Assembly (NCBI GenBank): GCA_016193045.1
Contig: JACPSW010000086.1
Location: 11,135 to 75,134, forward strand
Reading direction: 5' to 3'
From: Candidatus Rokuibacteriota bacterium
GTDB taxonomy: Bacteria; Methylomirabilota; Methylomirabilia; Rokubacteriales; CSP1-6
DNA length: 64,000 bases
The position numbers were made by a program, and so were the translations under genes. This document shows positions 54,973-64,000 of the stretch, piece by piece (positions within the stretch are counted from its first letter, which is position 1; the number at the start of each line of letters is the position of its first letter). Below the pieces are notes generated by a model. That model ran no database searches and was not told where the DNA came from. It saw nothing but the letters and a program-made list of their open reading frames with translations.

Positions 54973-57900
54973 ATGGCCCAGTACGAGATGAGCCTGCGCG
55001 ACCACTGGCGGATCATCCGCCGGCGTCGCTGGACTATCATCGTCTGCTCGCTCATGGTCGGCCTCTTCGCCTTCTGGTTCGCGCGGCAGCGGGAGCCCGA
55101 GTACCAGTCGACCGCGGCCATCAAGTTCGAGCAGTCCACCTCGCTCACCGGCCTTCTCGTCGAAGTTCTGTCGTTCTCTCCCTCCGACACCATCGAGACC
55201 CAGGCCGCCATCGTCCGGAGCTTCCCGGTGATGGAGCAGGTCGCCAAGCGTCTGGGCGAGCTGCCGACGACGATGCCGCCCGATGCGGTCAAGGAGTCGA
55301 GGGCGTACACGGGCGTCGTGGATGCGCTGGCGGCCAAGGTGAGGACCAACCGCGTCGCGAGCACCAACATCCTGGAGATCACCGCAACGTCGTCCGACCC
55401 GAGGAAGACAAAGGACCTGGCCAATGCCGTGGCCGAGGTGTACCGCGACGTCCAGAGCCGGACGCGGAACGCGCGGATCGTCGAGGCCCGCCAGTTCATC
55501 GAGCAGCAGCTCAAGGAGCTGGAGGGGCGGGTCAAGAGGGCGGAGGAGGCGATGTGGGCGTTCCGGGAGGCGAACCGCGTCATCGCGCCCGGCGCCGAAT
55601 CCACCGTGCTCCTCTCCCTCTTCACGCAGATCCGGGGCGAGATCGAGAAGACGCGCCAGCAGCGGACGGAGCTCGAGCTGGCGGCCGGCCGGCTGGGCCG
55701 CGCCAACGGCCCCGCGGCCCGGGAAGCGGATCGCGTGTACGTGGACACGGCCAATCCCGCCATGGTCCGTCTCCAGGCGACCCTAGCCGACCTGATGCTG
55801 GAGCGGAACAACCTGGCCCTGGAGGTGACCGACAGCCACCCGCGCTTGCAGGCCATCAACGACCGGATCCGCGAGGTCCGCGGCGAGATGCTGCGGGAGA
55901 TCCAGGCGCAGATCGCGCTCCTCCGGAACCGGGAGGAGATCCTCAGCCGTCAGATCGGGGAGCTCTTCCAGAAGAACCGGGAGGTCCCCACGATCGAGCT
56001 CTCCCTCCAGCGGCTCCAGCGGGAGGCGAAGGTCAACGACGATCTCCTCGCGCTGATGAAGACGCGCCATCAGGAAGCGCTCATCAAGGAGGCGGAGAAG
56101 ATCGAAGAGGTGACGATCATCCGCCCGGCGGTGGAGCCGTCGGCGCCGGTCGGGGGACAGGCGTTGTACCCGCTCCTGTTGGGTCTCGTGACGGGCCTGT
56201 TCCTGGGCCTGGTCCTGGCCTACGTCCAGGAGACCCTCGACACCTCCATCGGGACCATCGAGGAGGTCGAGGACTACCTGGGCGTCCCGGTCCTGGGGGT
56301 CATCCCGCACATCGACACGCGGGAGATCGTCGACCGTCTCATCGAGCGCCGGCCGGCGCTGGCCTCGCTGGACGCCGAGACGCTTTCGCGCCACGCGCTG
56401 CTGGTGTCCCACTTCGATCCCAAGTCGCCCGTGGCGGAGGCGTTCCGCAGCCTCAGGACGCGGATCCAGTTCACCACGATGGAGCACCCGGCGAAGGTCT
56501 TCCTCCTGACGAGCCCGACGCTCCAGGAGGGAAAGACGACGGTGATCGTGAACCTGGCGATCACGCTTTCCCAGGCTGGCCAGAAGACGCTTCTCGTGGG
56601 CGCCAACCTCCGCCGGCCGAGCATCCACAAGTTCTTCGGCCTCGATCGCGATCCCGGGCTCACCGACGTCCTCCTCGGCAACCTGCGGTGGGAGGACAGC
56701 ATCCGCACGGTCGCCGACATCCTGATGGGCCGCTTCGAGATGGAAGACATCATGACCGCTCCCGGGCTGGACAACCTCCACATCCTCCTCTCCGGCCCCG
56801 TGCCCGCGAACCCGTCGGAGCTGCTGTCGACCCCCCAGATGGCCGAGTTTCTCCGCCAGGCGCGGCAGCGGTACGACGTGATCCTTCTGGACGTCCCGCC
56901 CACGCTGCCGGTGACCGACGCCACCATCCTGGGCAGCCAGGTGGACGGCGTGATCCTGGTCTACCAGGCGGGCAAGGTGGGCCGGCTGGCCCTCAAGCGA
57001 GCCAAGATCCAGCTGGAGAGCGCGCGGGCCAAGGTGTGGGGCGTTGTGCTGAACGATCTGGGCGCCGAGATCGCCGGCTACGCCCCGTACCACCAGTACT
57101 ACACGCACTACTACGGGGAGGAGGGGACGGGGGAAGAAGGCCGGCGGGCCCCGCAGGGGCTGTCCGCGCGGCTGCTGGGCGCGCTCAAGGGGCTCGGGTC
57201 GCGCAAGCCGCCCCCCACGCCTCCCGCGGCGGCCCCGACGAGGGCGGAGGCCGCGAGGCCGGCGGCCAAGGCGCGGCGCCCCACGCAGTTCGGGGCCGGG
57301 GTCGCGCTCCTCGTGCTGCTGGTGCTGCTCCTGGCCGCGTTGCTGGCCTGGCGCCTGGGGCTCTTCGCGCCGACCGGCATGGGTCCCGTGCGGGAGCTCT
57401 TCCGCAGCACGCTCTCGGAGCGCGCCGCCCAGCAGAAGGGCCCGCCGGCGAGGCCGTCTCCCGCGCCGTCCCGGCCCGTCGACGCCCCGCCAGCCGGAAG
57501 GACGCCGGCCGCGCCCCCCGCGCCGCAGGCCGCGGCGTCGGCGAAGACCTCTGTCCCCGCCGACGTCCGCTATGCCCTGGAGTTCGGGCCGTTCGCGACG
57601 GCCGAAGAGGCCGAGCGCGTCGAGCGGCAGCTCAACGCGGCGGGGTACCCCACGGTGAGGTTCAGACAACAGGGCGGCGGCAATCTCTACGGCGTGTTTC
57701 TCGAGCGCGTCCCCGGCCGGCGCGAGGCCGAGGCGATCCAGGAGCGTCTCAAGGCCGAGGGGTATGCCCAGACGGCCCTCGCCGGGAGCGGGGACAATCT
57801 CTCGATCCGGGTGGGCGAGCTGACCCCGCTCCGGGCGGCGGTGCAGATCGCCGAGAAACTCCGGGCGGCGGGCTACCAGGTCCGCGTCGCCGTGCAGCCC

Positions 57901-58023
57901 GGCGAGGCCCTCAACCTCGCCATCCGCCACGGGAACTTCGCCTCCGAGGAGGAGGCGGGCGCCCGGAGCCGCGACCTCAGCCAGAAGGGCCTTTCCGGCC
58001 ACCGGGTCGTCCGGGTGAAGTAG
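54973..58023 (+). CDS. Wzc-like polysaccharide co-polymerase/BY-kinase fused to an extra TM helix and SPOR-like domains
   Basis: Wzz-type N-terminus, coiled coil, LGVPVLGVIP, AEAFRSLRT, EGKTT, LLDVPP, Tyr cluster; C-terminal YALEFGPF....AE....L...GY repeats. Confidence 0.9.
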   Translation: MAQYEMSLRDHWRIIRRRRWTIIVCSLMVGLFAFWFARQREPEYQSTAAIKFEQSTSLTGLLVEVLSFSPSDTIETQAAIVRSFPVMEQVAKRLGELPTTMPPDAVKESRAYTGVVDALAAKVRTNRVASTNILEITATSSDPRKTKDLANAVAEVYRDVQSRTRNARIVEARQFIEQQLKELEGRVKRAEEAMWAFREANRVIAPGAESTVLLSLFTQIRGEIEKTRQQRTELELAAGRLGRANGPAAREADRVYVDTANPAMVRLQATLADLMLERNNLALEVTDSHPRLQAINDRIREVRGEMLREIQAQIALLRNREEILSRQIGELFQKNREVPTIELSLQRLQREAKVNDDLLALMKTRHQEALIKEAEKIEEVTIIRPAVEPSAPVGGQALYPLLLGLVTGLFLGLVLAYVQETLDTSIGTIEEVEDYLGVPVLGVIPHIDTREIVDRLIERRPALASLDAETLSRHALLVSHFDPKSPVAEAFRSLRTRIQFTTMEHPAKVFLLTSPTLQEGKTTVIVNLAITLSQAGQKTLLVGANLRRPSIHKFFGLDRDPGLTDVLLGNLRWEDSIRTVADILMGRFEMEDIMTAPGLDNLHILLSGPVPANPSELLSTPQMAEFLRQARQRYDVILLDVPPTLPVTDATILGSQVDGVILVYQAGKVGRLALKRAKIQLESARAKVWGVVLNDLGAEIAGYAPYHQYYTHYYGEEGTGEEGRRAPQGLSARLLGALKGLGSRKPPPTPPAAAPTRAEAARPAAKARRPTQFGAGVALLVLLVLLLAALLAWRLGLFAPTGMGPVRELFRSTLSERAAQQKGPPARPSPAPSRPVDAPPAGRTPAAPPAPQAAASAKTSVPADVRYALEFGPFATAEEAERVERQLNAAGYPTVRFRQQGGGNLYGVFLERVPGRREAEAIQERLKAEGYAQTALAGSGDNLSIRVGELTPLRAAVQIAEKLRAAGYQVRVAVQPGEALNLAIRHGNFASEEEAGARSRDLSQKGLSGHRVVRVK

Positions 58024-58050
58024 CCCGTCGCCCCGGGCCTGGGTTCGGCG

Positions 58051-59454
58051 GTGCGATCAGGTCTCCCCCAGTCGGCTTCCATCCCCGGCGCCCTCGCCCG
58101 CGTCGTGCTGTTCGGCCTCGTCCTGTTCGGCGGGGCGCTGCTGGTGTCGCAGGGGCTCACGCTCACGCGGCTCGAATACGCGCTCGGCTTCGTGGCGGCC
58201 GGGGCGGTGTTCGTCCTGGTCTTCCTCCGCACCGAGGTCGGCCTCTACCTGGCGCTCCTCTCCATGCTCCTCTCTCCCGAGTTCGCGATCGGGGGGCGGG
58301 GTGGGCTGGTCGAGCAGCGGGAGGTCGTCCTCCGCGCTGAAGACCTCCTGCTGATCGTCATCGCGCTCAGCTGGATGGCGAAGACGGCGGTCAACAAGGA
58401 GCTGGGCGTGGTGCTGAAGACGCCGTTGAACCGCCCCATCGCGGTCTACATCGCCACCCATCTCCTGGCGACGCTCGTGGGGTACCTGACGGGAACGGTG
58501 AAGAGCGCCGCGGGATTCTTCTACGTGCTCAAGTACGCCGAGTATTTCGTCATTTACTACATGGTGGTCAACAACCTGCAGGACCGCTCGCAGGCCTGGC
58601 GCCTCATCCGCGTCGCGTTCCTCACGGCCGTCGTCGTCAGCCTGATCGGGCTCGCGCAGATTCCATCCGGCCAGCGGGTCTCGGCCCCCTTCGAGGGCGA
58701 GGCGGGAGAGCCGAACACCTTCGGAGGCTACCTGCTCTTGATGCTGGGCCTCGCCGCCGGAATTTTTCTCGAGTCGCCGCGCGCGCGGATCCGGACGTGG
58801 TGCCTGGGCTTCCTGGCGCTGGCGGCCCTGCCCTTCCTCTACACGCTCTCGCGGGCCTCGTATCTGGGTGTGATTCCGCTGCTCGGCGTCCTCGCGCTCC
58901 TGTCCAGCCGCCGGAGGCTCGTGGTGGGGGTGCTCCTCGCGCTGCTGGTGGGCTCGCCGGTGGTCGCCTATCTCGCCCCGACGCCGGTCGTCAAGCGCAT
59001 CCTCTACACCTTCGAGCCGGAGGCGGGGCAGCCCACGGTCACCGTGGGGCGGGTCGCCCTGGATCCGTCTACCTCCGTCCGGCTCCTGAGCTTCGGGCAG
59101 GCGCTGGAGGGCTGGGCCAAGCGCCCGGTCCTGGGGTATGGCGTCACGGGCTTCGCGTTCATGGACGCGCAGTATCCGCGGACGCTGGTAGAAACCGGCC
59201 TGGTGGGGCTGGCGGCGTTCTTCTGGCTGGCGTGGTCGGTCCTCCGGGGCGGCGTCCGCGCGTTCCATGCCCTCGGAGATCCGCTGGAGCGCGGCCTCGC
59301 GCTCGGCTTCGTGGCCGGCACGGCGGCCCTGCTCACGCACGCGATCGGGGCGAACACCTTCATCATCGTGCGGATCATGGAGCCCTTCTGGTTCTTCGCA
59401 GGGGTCGTGACCATGCTGCCCTCGCTCCAGCGCGCCGAAGCGCGGAATGACTAG
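58051..59454 (+). CDS. O-antigen ligase/Wzy-family membrane protein
   Basis: Multiple TM helices, EPNTFGGYL, TLSRASY, PVLGYG, LVETGLVGL. Confidence 0.85.
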   Translation: MRSGLPQSASIPGALARVVLFGLVLFGGALLVSQGLTLTRLEYALGFVAAGAVFVLVFLRTEVGLYLALLSMLLSPEFAIGGRGGLVEQREVVLRAEDLLLIVIALSWMAKTAVNKELGVVLKTPLNRPIAVYIATHLLATLVGYLTGTVKSAAGFFYVLKYAEYFVIYYMVVNNLQDRSQAWRLIRVAFLTAVVVSLIGLAQIPSGQRVSAPFEGEAGEPNTFGGYLLLMLGLAAGIFLESPRARIRTWCLGFLALAALPFLYTLSRASYLGVIPLLGVLALLSSRRRLVVGVLLALLVGSPVVAYLAPTPVVKRILYTFEPEAGQPTVTVGRVALDPSTSVRLLSFGQALEGWAKRPVLGYGVTGFAFMDAQYPRTLVETGLVGLAAFFWLAWSVLRGGVRAFHALGDPLERGLALGFVAGTAALLTHAIGANTFIIVRIMEPFWFFAGVVTMLPSLQRAEARND

Positions 59455-60994
59455 CCCGCGCCTCTGGCGCCTCGGCCTGGGAGGCGTGCTCCTTCTCACC
59501 GTGGCCGTCCGCCTCGCGTACGCGAGCCGGCTCGGCGACTTCATCGACGGCGACGAGGCGGTGAGCGGGCTCATGGCGTTCCGGATCGCCGAGGGTCGGG
59601 ACTTCCCCCTCTACCAGTGGGAAGCCCACTACTCGGGCACGTTGATGTCCTATCTCGGCGCCCTCCTCTTTCTGGTGTTCGAGCCGACCCCGTTCGTCTT
59701 CCGATTCTCGGCGCTGCCGCTGAGCCTGGTCGCCACCGCTGCCTTTGCGGCGGCGGCCCGCACGCTGTGGGGGCCCGGGCCGGCGCTGGCGGCCGCCCTC
59801 TGGGTCGCGGTGGGCCCGCCGCTGGCGCTCGGCTACTCGTCTCAGGTCCTCTCGGCCTATCCCGAGATCCTCGCCTTCGGAGGGCTCGCGCTCTGGCTCG
59901 GCGCCCGGCTCGGAGTCCGGGAGGGGCGTCCCCGCGACTGGGCGCTCCTTGGGGCAGCGGGGGGATTCGGCGTCTACAGCCAGCCGCTCGTCTTGCCCGT
60001 GTTCGTGGCGATCCTGTGGGCGCTCCGGCGCCACGGGGCCGGCCCGAGCTGGCGCGAGTCACGGTTGCTCGGAGCGGGGTTCCTTGTGGGCTTTTCCCCC
60101 TTCCTCGTCTACAACGCGGCGTACCGGGGGGCGTCGGTCCTCCGCCTGGCCGGCCGGGTCCTGAATCTCTCCCGGGCCGAGGTGACTCAGGCGTCCAACC
60201 TCTCCTCCCTCGTTGCCGAAAAGGCCGGCGCGTACCTCGAGCAACTCCTGAGCTTCCCGCGGATCCTGGCGGCCAATGTCCCCCCGTTCCTCGGTCTCCC
60301 CTGGTGGGGCGCCTGGGGGCTGGTTGCGCTGGTGGCGGCCGGCGTCTTCCTGCCCCGGGGTCGCGCGGCCGGCGAGTCGTCCCCGGCGGTGCGCCACCCG
60401 GGGGCCTGGGAGCTCGGCCGGGCGTTCGTGGGCTGGTCGGGCCTCGCCACGATCCTCTTCGTCTGGCCGCTGGGACTCGATCGGGCGCGCCACCTCTTCC
60501 CCCTCTACCTGCCGGTCGCGCTGGGCCTGGCCGCCCTCTGGGGCCGCCTGGCCGGCGCGGTGCGCGTGGCGGCGATGGGAGGCCTCGCGCTGCTGCTCCT
60601 GAGCAACCTCGCCGGGGCCCGGCAGCAAGCCCGGGACGTCGGCCCCCGGATGGCGGGCCTCCTGGAGGCCCTGCGCCGGGAGGGCGTGGGGTTCGTCTAT
60701 ACGGACTACTTCATCGCCTACCCCCTCGTCTTCCTCTCCCGGGAAGCCGTCCTCGCCTCCCCCGCGGCGGGTCCGGTCAACGTCGATCGCTTCCCTCCCT
60801 ACACCGAGGCCGTGTCCCGATCCGCGCGCCCGGCGTACGTCTTTCTCCGGGACACCGAGCCGTCGGCCGTGTTCGTCGCGGAGATGCGGCGGGCGGGTGG
60901 CGCGTTCCGCCACGAGCGGGTCGGCGACTTCGACCTCTACCTCCCCGACCGGCACGTTCGCCCCAATGAGCTGGCGCTGCTCAAACGCTTCTGA
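59447..60994 (+). CDS. GT-C-fold membrane glycosyltransferase-like protein (PMT/ArnT-like)
   Basis: DGDEAVSGLMA after TM1; many TM helices; TDYFIAY C-terminal region. Confidence 0.7.
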   Translation: MTSPRLWRLGLGGVLLLTVAVRLAYASRLGDFIDGDEAVSGLMAFRIAEGRDFPLYQWEAHYSGTLMSYLGALLFLVFEPTPFVFRFSALPLSLVATAAFAAAARTLWGPGPALAAALWVAVGPPLALGYSSQVLSAYPEILAFGGLALWLGARLGVREGRPRDWALLGAAGGFGVYSQPLVLPVFVAILWALRRHGAGPSWRESRLLGAGFLVGFSPFLVYNAAYRGASVLRLAGRVLNLSRAEVTQASNLSSLVAEKAGAYLEQLLSFPRILAANVPPFLGLPWWGAWGLVALVAAGVFLPRGRAAGESSPAVRHPGAWELGRAFVGWSGLATILFVWPLGLDRARHLFPLYLPVALGLAALWGRLAGAVRVAAMGGLALLLLSNLAGARQQARDVGPRMAGLLEALRREGVGFVYTDYFIAYPLVFLSREAVLASPAAGPVNVDRFPPYTEAVSRSARPAYVFLRDTEPSAVFVAEMRRAGGAFRHERVGDFDLYLPDRHVRPNELALLKRF

Positions 60995-61056
60995 GGCGCG
61001 CTGGTTCCCATGAGCCATCGCGTGTCCACCGCTGCCGGCTCGCCCTCCGAGGATCG

Positions 61057-62487
61057 ATGAGCCTCCGCGTGCTCGCGCGCAACGCGCTCTCTCTGATCGG
61101 GGCCAACGTCGTCACGAACGCCGTGGGCTTCGCCGTCACCGTCCTGCTGGTCAGGCACCTCGGCGTGGAAGGGATCGGCCGGTACACTTACGCCACCACG
61201 TACGCAGCGCTCTTCGGCATCCTCTCGAGCTTCGGGCTGTACCTGGTGCTGACCCGCCAGGTCGCCGCCGAGCCGGGGGCGGCGGGCGCGCGGCTGGGGT
61301 CCGTGCTCCTCTTGCAAGCGTTCCTCGTGCCCCTCGCGCTCGGGGTCACGGTGGGGAGCGCGCTCGTCCTCCATCCCGCGTCCGACGCGCTGCCCATCGG
61401 GCTGGCCGGCGTGGGCGTCGGGCTGGCGTCGCTGGCGGGCACGTACGGGGCCGTCGTCACGGGGCGGGAGAAGATCCACCTCAACGCCGCCGTGAACTTG
61501 GGGATGGCCCTGCTGTGGGGCCTCCTGGCCCTGGCCCTGGTCGGCCTCGGGCTCGGCGTGACCGGCCTGATCGTGTTCTTCGTGGTCCACAAGCTGGCGA
61601 ACGTGCTCGCGCTCCGGGCGGTGACCAGGCGGGCCTGCGGGATCAGCCCGCGCTTCGGCGTGCGGGAGCTTCCGACGCGTGACCTCCTGCGGGCCGCGGC
61701 CCCTTTCGCCCTGCTGATCGTGCTGAATGACCTCTACTGGAACGCCGGCATGATCCTGGTGGGGCGCCTCCGCGGCGCCGAGGAGGTGGGGATCTTCGCG
61801 GTTGCGTACCGGGTGATCGCGGTCCTCGTGGCCGTGGTCGGGACGGTGTCCGGGGTGCTCTACCCCCGCCTGGCGCACCTCTTCACCGCCGACGCCGCGG
61901 GCTTCGTCCTGCTGATGGGGCGGACCCGGAAGTACGCGCTGGCGATCGGCCTGCCGCTCGGGCTCGCCGTCTCGCTGCTCGCCGACCGGATCATCGTCGT
62001 CCTGTTCGGTCCGGCGTTCGCGGACGCCGGCGGCTCCCTCCGGCTCCTGGGATGGTTCATCCCGCTCCTCTGCGTCTACTCCCCCCTCTCCTACGCCATG
62101 CTGGCCATGGCGGAGGAGCGGACGTGGCTGATCCTCCATTCCGTCGCGACCGGGGTGGTCATCGGCGGCAGCCTCCTGCTGGTCCCCGCGCTGGGGCACC
62201 TCGGAGCCGCTGGCGCGCTCCTCGCCTCCGGGGTGTTCCTGGCCGCCGCGGTGCCGTGGGCCATCACGGCCAGGGGGATCCCGGTGGCCCTCACGCCGGC
62301 CGACCTGAAGGTGGTCGGGGCGTGTGGCGCGATGGGGGTGACGCTCTGGTGGCTTCGCGGGGTTCCGGTCCTGGCGCTCGTCGCATCGGTCACGGCCTAC
62401 GCGGCGATCCTGCATCTGGCGGGGTTCGTGACGGCCGACGAGCGCCTCTCGGTTCGCACGTCCTTCGCCATCCGGGGAGAACGATGA
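61057..62487 (+). CDS. Wzx-type flippase
   Basis: ARNAL..., RHLGVEGIG.Y, VGIFAVAYR, LFGPAF; 12-14 TM helices. Confidence 0.9.
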   Translation: MSLRVLARNALSLIGANVVTNAVGFAVTVLLVRHLGVEGIGRYTYATTYAALFGILSSFGLYLVLTRQVAAEPGAAGARLGSVLLLQAFLVPLALGVTVGSALVLHPASDALPIGLAGVGVGLASLAGTYGAVVTGREKIHLNAAVNLGMALLWGLLALALVGLGLGVTGLIVFFVVHKLANVLALRAVTRRACGISPRFGVRELPTRDLLRAAAPFALLIVLNDLYWNAGMILVGRLRGAEEVGIFAVAYRVIAVLVAVVGTVSGVLYPRLAHLFTADAAGFVLLMGRTRKYALAIGLPLGLAVSLLADRIIVVLFGPAFADAGGSLRLLGWFIPLLCVYSPLSYAMLAMAEERTWLILHSVATGVVIGGSLLLVPALGHLGAAGALLASGVFLAAAVPWAITARGIPVALTPADLKVVGACGAMGVTLWWLRGVPVLALVASVTAYAAILHLAGFVTADERLSVRTSFAIRGER

Positions 62488-63509
62488 TGGAGACGGTCCA
62501 GGCCTGTGAGCTCTGTGGCGGGCGGGCGTTCACCCCGGTCCTGTCGCAGCGGGATCTCCTGTTCGACCGCCCCGCCCCCGTCTTTCAAGTCGTCCGCTGC
62601 GATCGCTGCACCTTGCTCTTCACCAACCCCAGGCCCGTGGGCGCGGAGCTGGCCGCCTACTACCCCGAGGATTATTACTATCGCTCCCAGGTCGATTGCC
62701 TGTTCCACCAGTATCAGGACGGCAAAGCCCGTTCCTGGAAGCGTCGCCTGAAGGCCGTGCTGCTGGAGCATTACTACGGCTACCCTCCGGCGGCCGCCGG
62801 GAACCATGGGTGGCTCCAGCGTCTTCTCAGGGGGCCGCTCCTTTCTCCCCTCTACGTCTATGTCCGCACCTGGCGGGACCCGTTCTTGATTCCCTTCGTC
62901 GGGGAGGGGAAGCTCCTGGACGTGGGCTGCGGGCTGGGGTTCACCCTGGCGCGGTATCGAGAGTGGGGGTGGACCCCCTCGGGAGTGGAGTTCAGCGCGG
63001 CCGCGGGCCGGTATGCCCGCGAGGTGCTGGGGCTGCCCGTCTTCCAGGGGGAGCTGCTGGACGCGAAATTCCCCTCGGAGTCCTTCGACGTCGTCCTATT
63101 TCAGCACTCCCTGGAACACTTTCCGTTTCCATCGCTCGAATTGCGCGAGGCCCATCGGATCCTGAAGGGCTCGGGGCGCCTGGTGGTGATGGTCCCCAAC
63201 GCCGGCGGTGTGGATGCCCGGCTGTTCGGGCGCTGGTGGGTCAACTGGGATGTGCCGCGGCACCTGTTTCACTTCACCCCGCGGACGGCTTCGGCGTTGC
63301 TGGCGAAGGCGGGGTTCCGGGTGCAACGCATCGTGCTGGATCGGACCCCCACCAACTTCGTCGCGAGCATCCTCTACCTGGGGAAGTACAAGTTCGGTGC
63401 GCCGCGCACCTCCGAGCGGGCGCTCCGCCTCGCCTTCCGTCCCGTCAGCGGTGTCCTCGCGCTGCTGCGGCTGGCGGGGCACATGACCATCTTCTGCGAC
63501 AAGGCCTGA
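62484..63509 (+). CDS. Class I SAM methyltransferase with N-terminal zinc ribbon
   Basis: CELCG...CDRC..LFTNPRP, LLDVGCGLG, HSLEH, VPRHLFHF; ATG 62484. Confidence 0.88.
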   Translation: MMETVQACELCGGRAFTPVLSQRDLLFDRPAPVFQVVRCDRCTLLFTNPRPVGAELAAYYPEDYYYRSQVDCLFHQYQDGKARSWKRRLKAVLLEHYYGYPPAAAGNHGWLQRLLRGPLLSPLYVYVRTWRDPFLIPFVGEGKLLDVGCGLGFTLARYREWGWTPSGVEFSAAAGRYAREVLGLPVFQGELLDAKFPSESFDVVLFQHSLEHFPFPSLELREAHRILKGSGRLVVMVPNAGGVDARLFGRWWVNWDVPRHLFHFTPRTASALLAKAGFRVQRIVLDRTPTNFVASILYLGKYKFGAPRTSERALRLAFRPVSGVLALLRLAGHMTIFCDKA

Positions 63510-63519
63510 GCACGGCACG

Positions 63520-64000
63520 ATGGCTCGGATCCTCCTCGCCGATTACCCCAACCCGGACGGCCGGGCCCGGTTCCGGGCGCTGACTGAGCTCGGCCACGAC
63601 GTCGCGTTCTTCGACACCCAGGCCCCCACGCTCGGGACGCCGATCCCGACCCGCGCGCGAGGGGCCGCCCGGGCGCTGCTCCCGTTCTACGATCGACTGT
63701 CGAAGCTGATCAACACGCGCATGGCGAGCGCCCGGCTCCTGGGGGAGTGCCGGAAGTTCCGCCCCGACATTCTCCTGGTCATCAAGGGGGCGAACCTCCG
63801 GGCCTCCGTCCTGCGGCGGATCAGGCGACGGCTGAAGCCGCTCCTCGTCAACTGGTACGGCGACTCGCTCCTGACGCCCGGCGCGGCGGAGTTCGTCGAA
63901 CGGGATTCGGGCGCGTACGATTTCTTCTTCATCATCGACGACGCGCGGGCGCTCGAGCGGGTCAGGGTTCGATCCTCCCACGTGGCGACGCTGCCATTCG
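63520..64000 (+). CDS. CgeB/YkvP-like glycosyltransferase (3'-truncated by the window edge)
   Basis: MARILL...LGHDV..FD...FRPDILLVIKG...VNWYGD...YDFFF; open to the window end. Confidence 0.65.
   Translation, partial: MARILLADYPNPDGRARFRALTELGHDVAFFDTQAPTLGTPIPTRARGAARALLPFYDRLSKLINTRMASARLLGECRKFRPDILLVIKGANLRASVLRRIRRRLKPLLVNWYGDSLLTPGAAEFVERDSGAYDFFFIIDDARALERVRVRSSHVATLPF

Overview
High-GC bacterial chromosome segment; the gene content is suggestive of Methylomirabilota/Rokubacteria-like organisms, but that taxonomy is inference only. 1-13 kb is core genes: gatC(partial)-gatA-gatB, ftsE-ftsX-envC-ctpA-tsaD, an NtrB/NtrC-type two-component pair, a TusA-like protein, and thiC under a TPP riboswitch. 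13-37 kb is a mixed accessory region. It holds tRNA-Thr(CGT), two probable selenoprotein genes truncated in the ORF track (an ArsC/Spx-like UxxC protein and a C-GCAxxG-C-C protein, each with an in-frame TGA and a SECIS-like hairpin), two class III cyclase/AAA/TPR proteins, a B12 radical SAM enzyme, a VapBC-type toxin-antitoxin pair, and two copies of a 219-bp MITE-like element inserted at stop codons. 37-49 kb holds a split RiPP-like peptide-modification cassette: S24/S26 peptidase, PqqD/RRE and methyltransferase, then a Cys-containing YxxP-leader precursor, HPr-kinase-like protein, radical SAM and nucleotidyltransferase. A lower-GC sensor kinase/receiver pair and two large secreted proteins, driven by divergent sigma54 promoters, sit between the two halves. 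50-64 kb is a sigma54-type polysaccharide operon with an HTH leader gene, SLBB export protein, ExeA-like ATPase, degenerate HD-GYP and NucS-like proteins, an unusual Wzc-SPOR fusion, Wzy/ligase, GT-C, Wzx, methyltransferase and a partial glycosyltransferase. All calls come from reading motifs by eye; no database searches were run.
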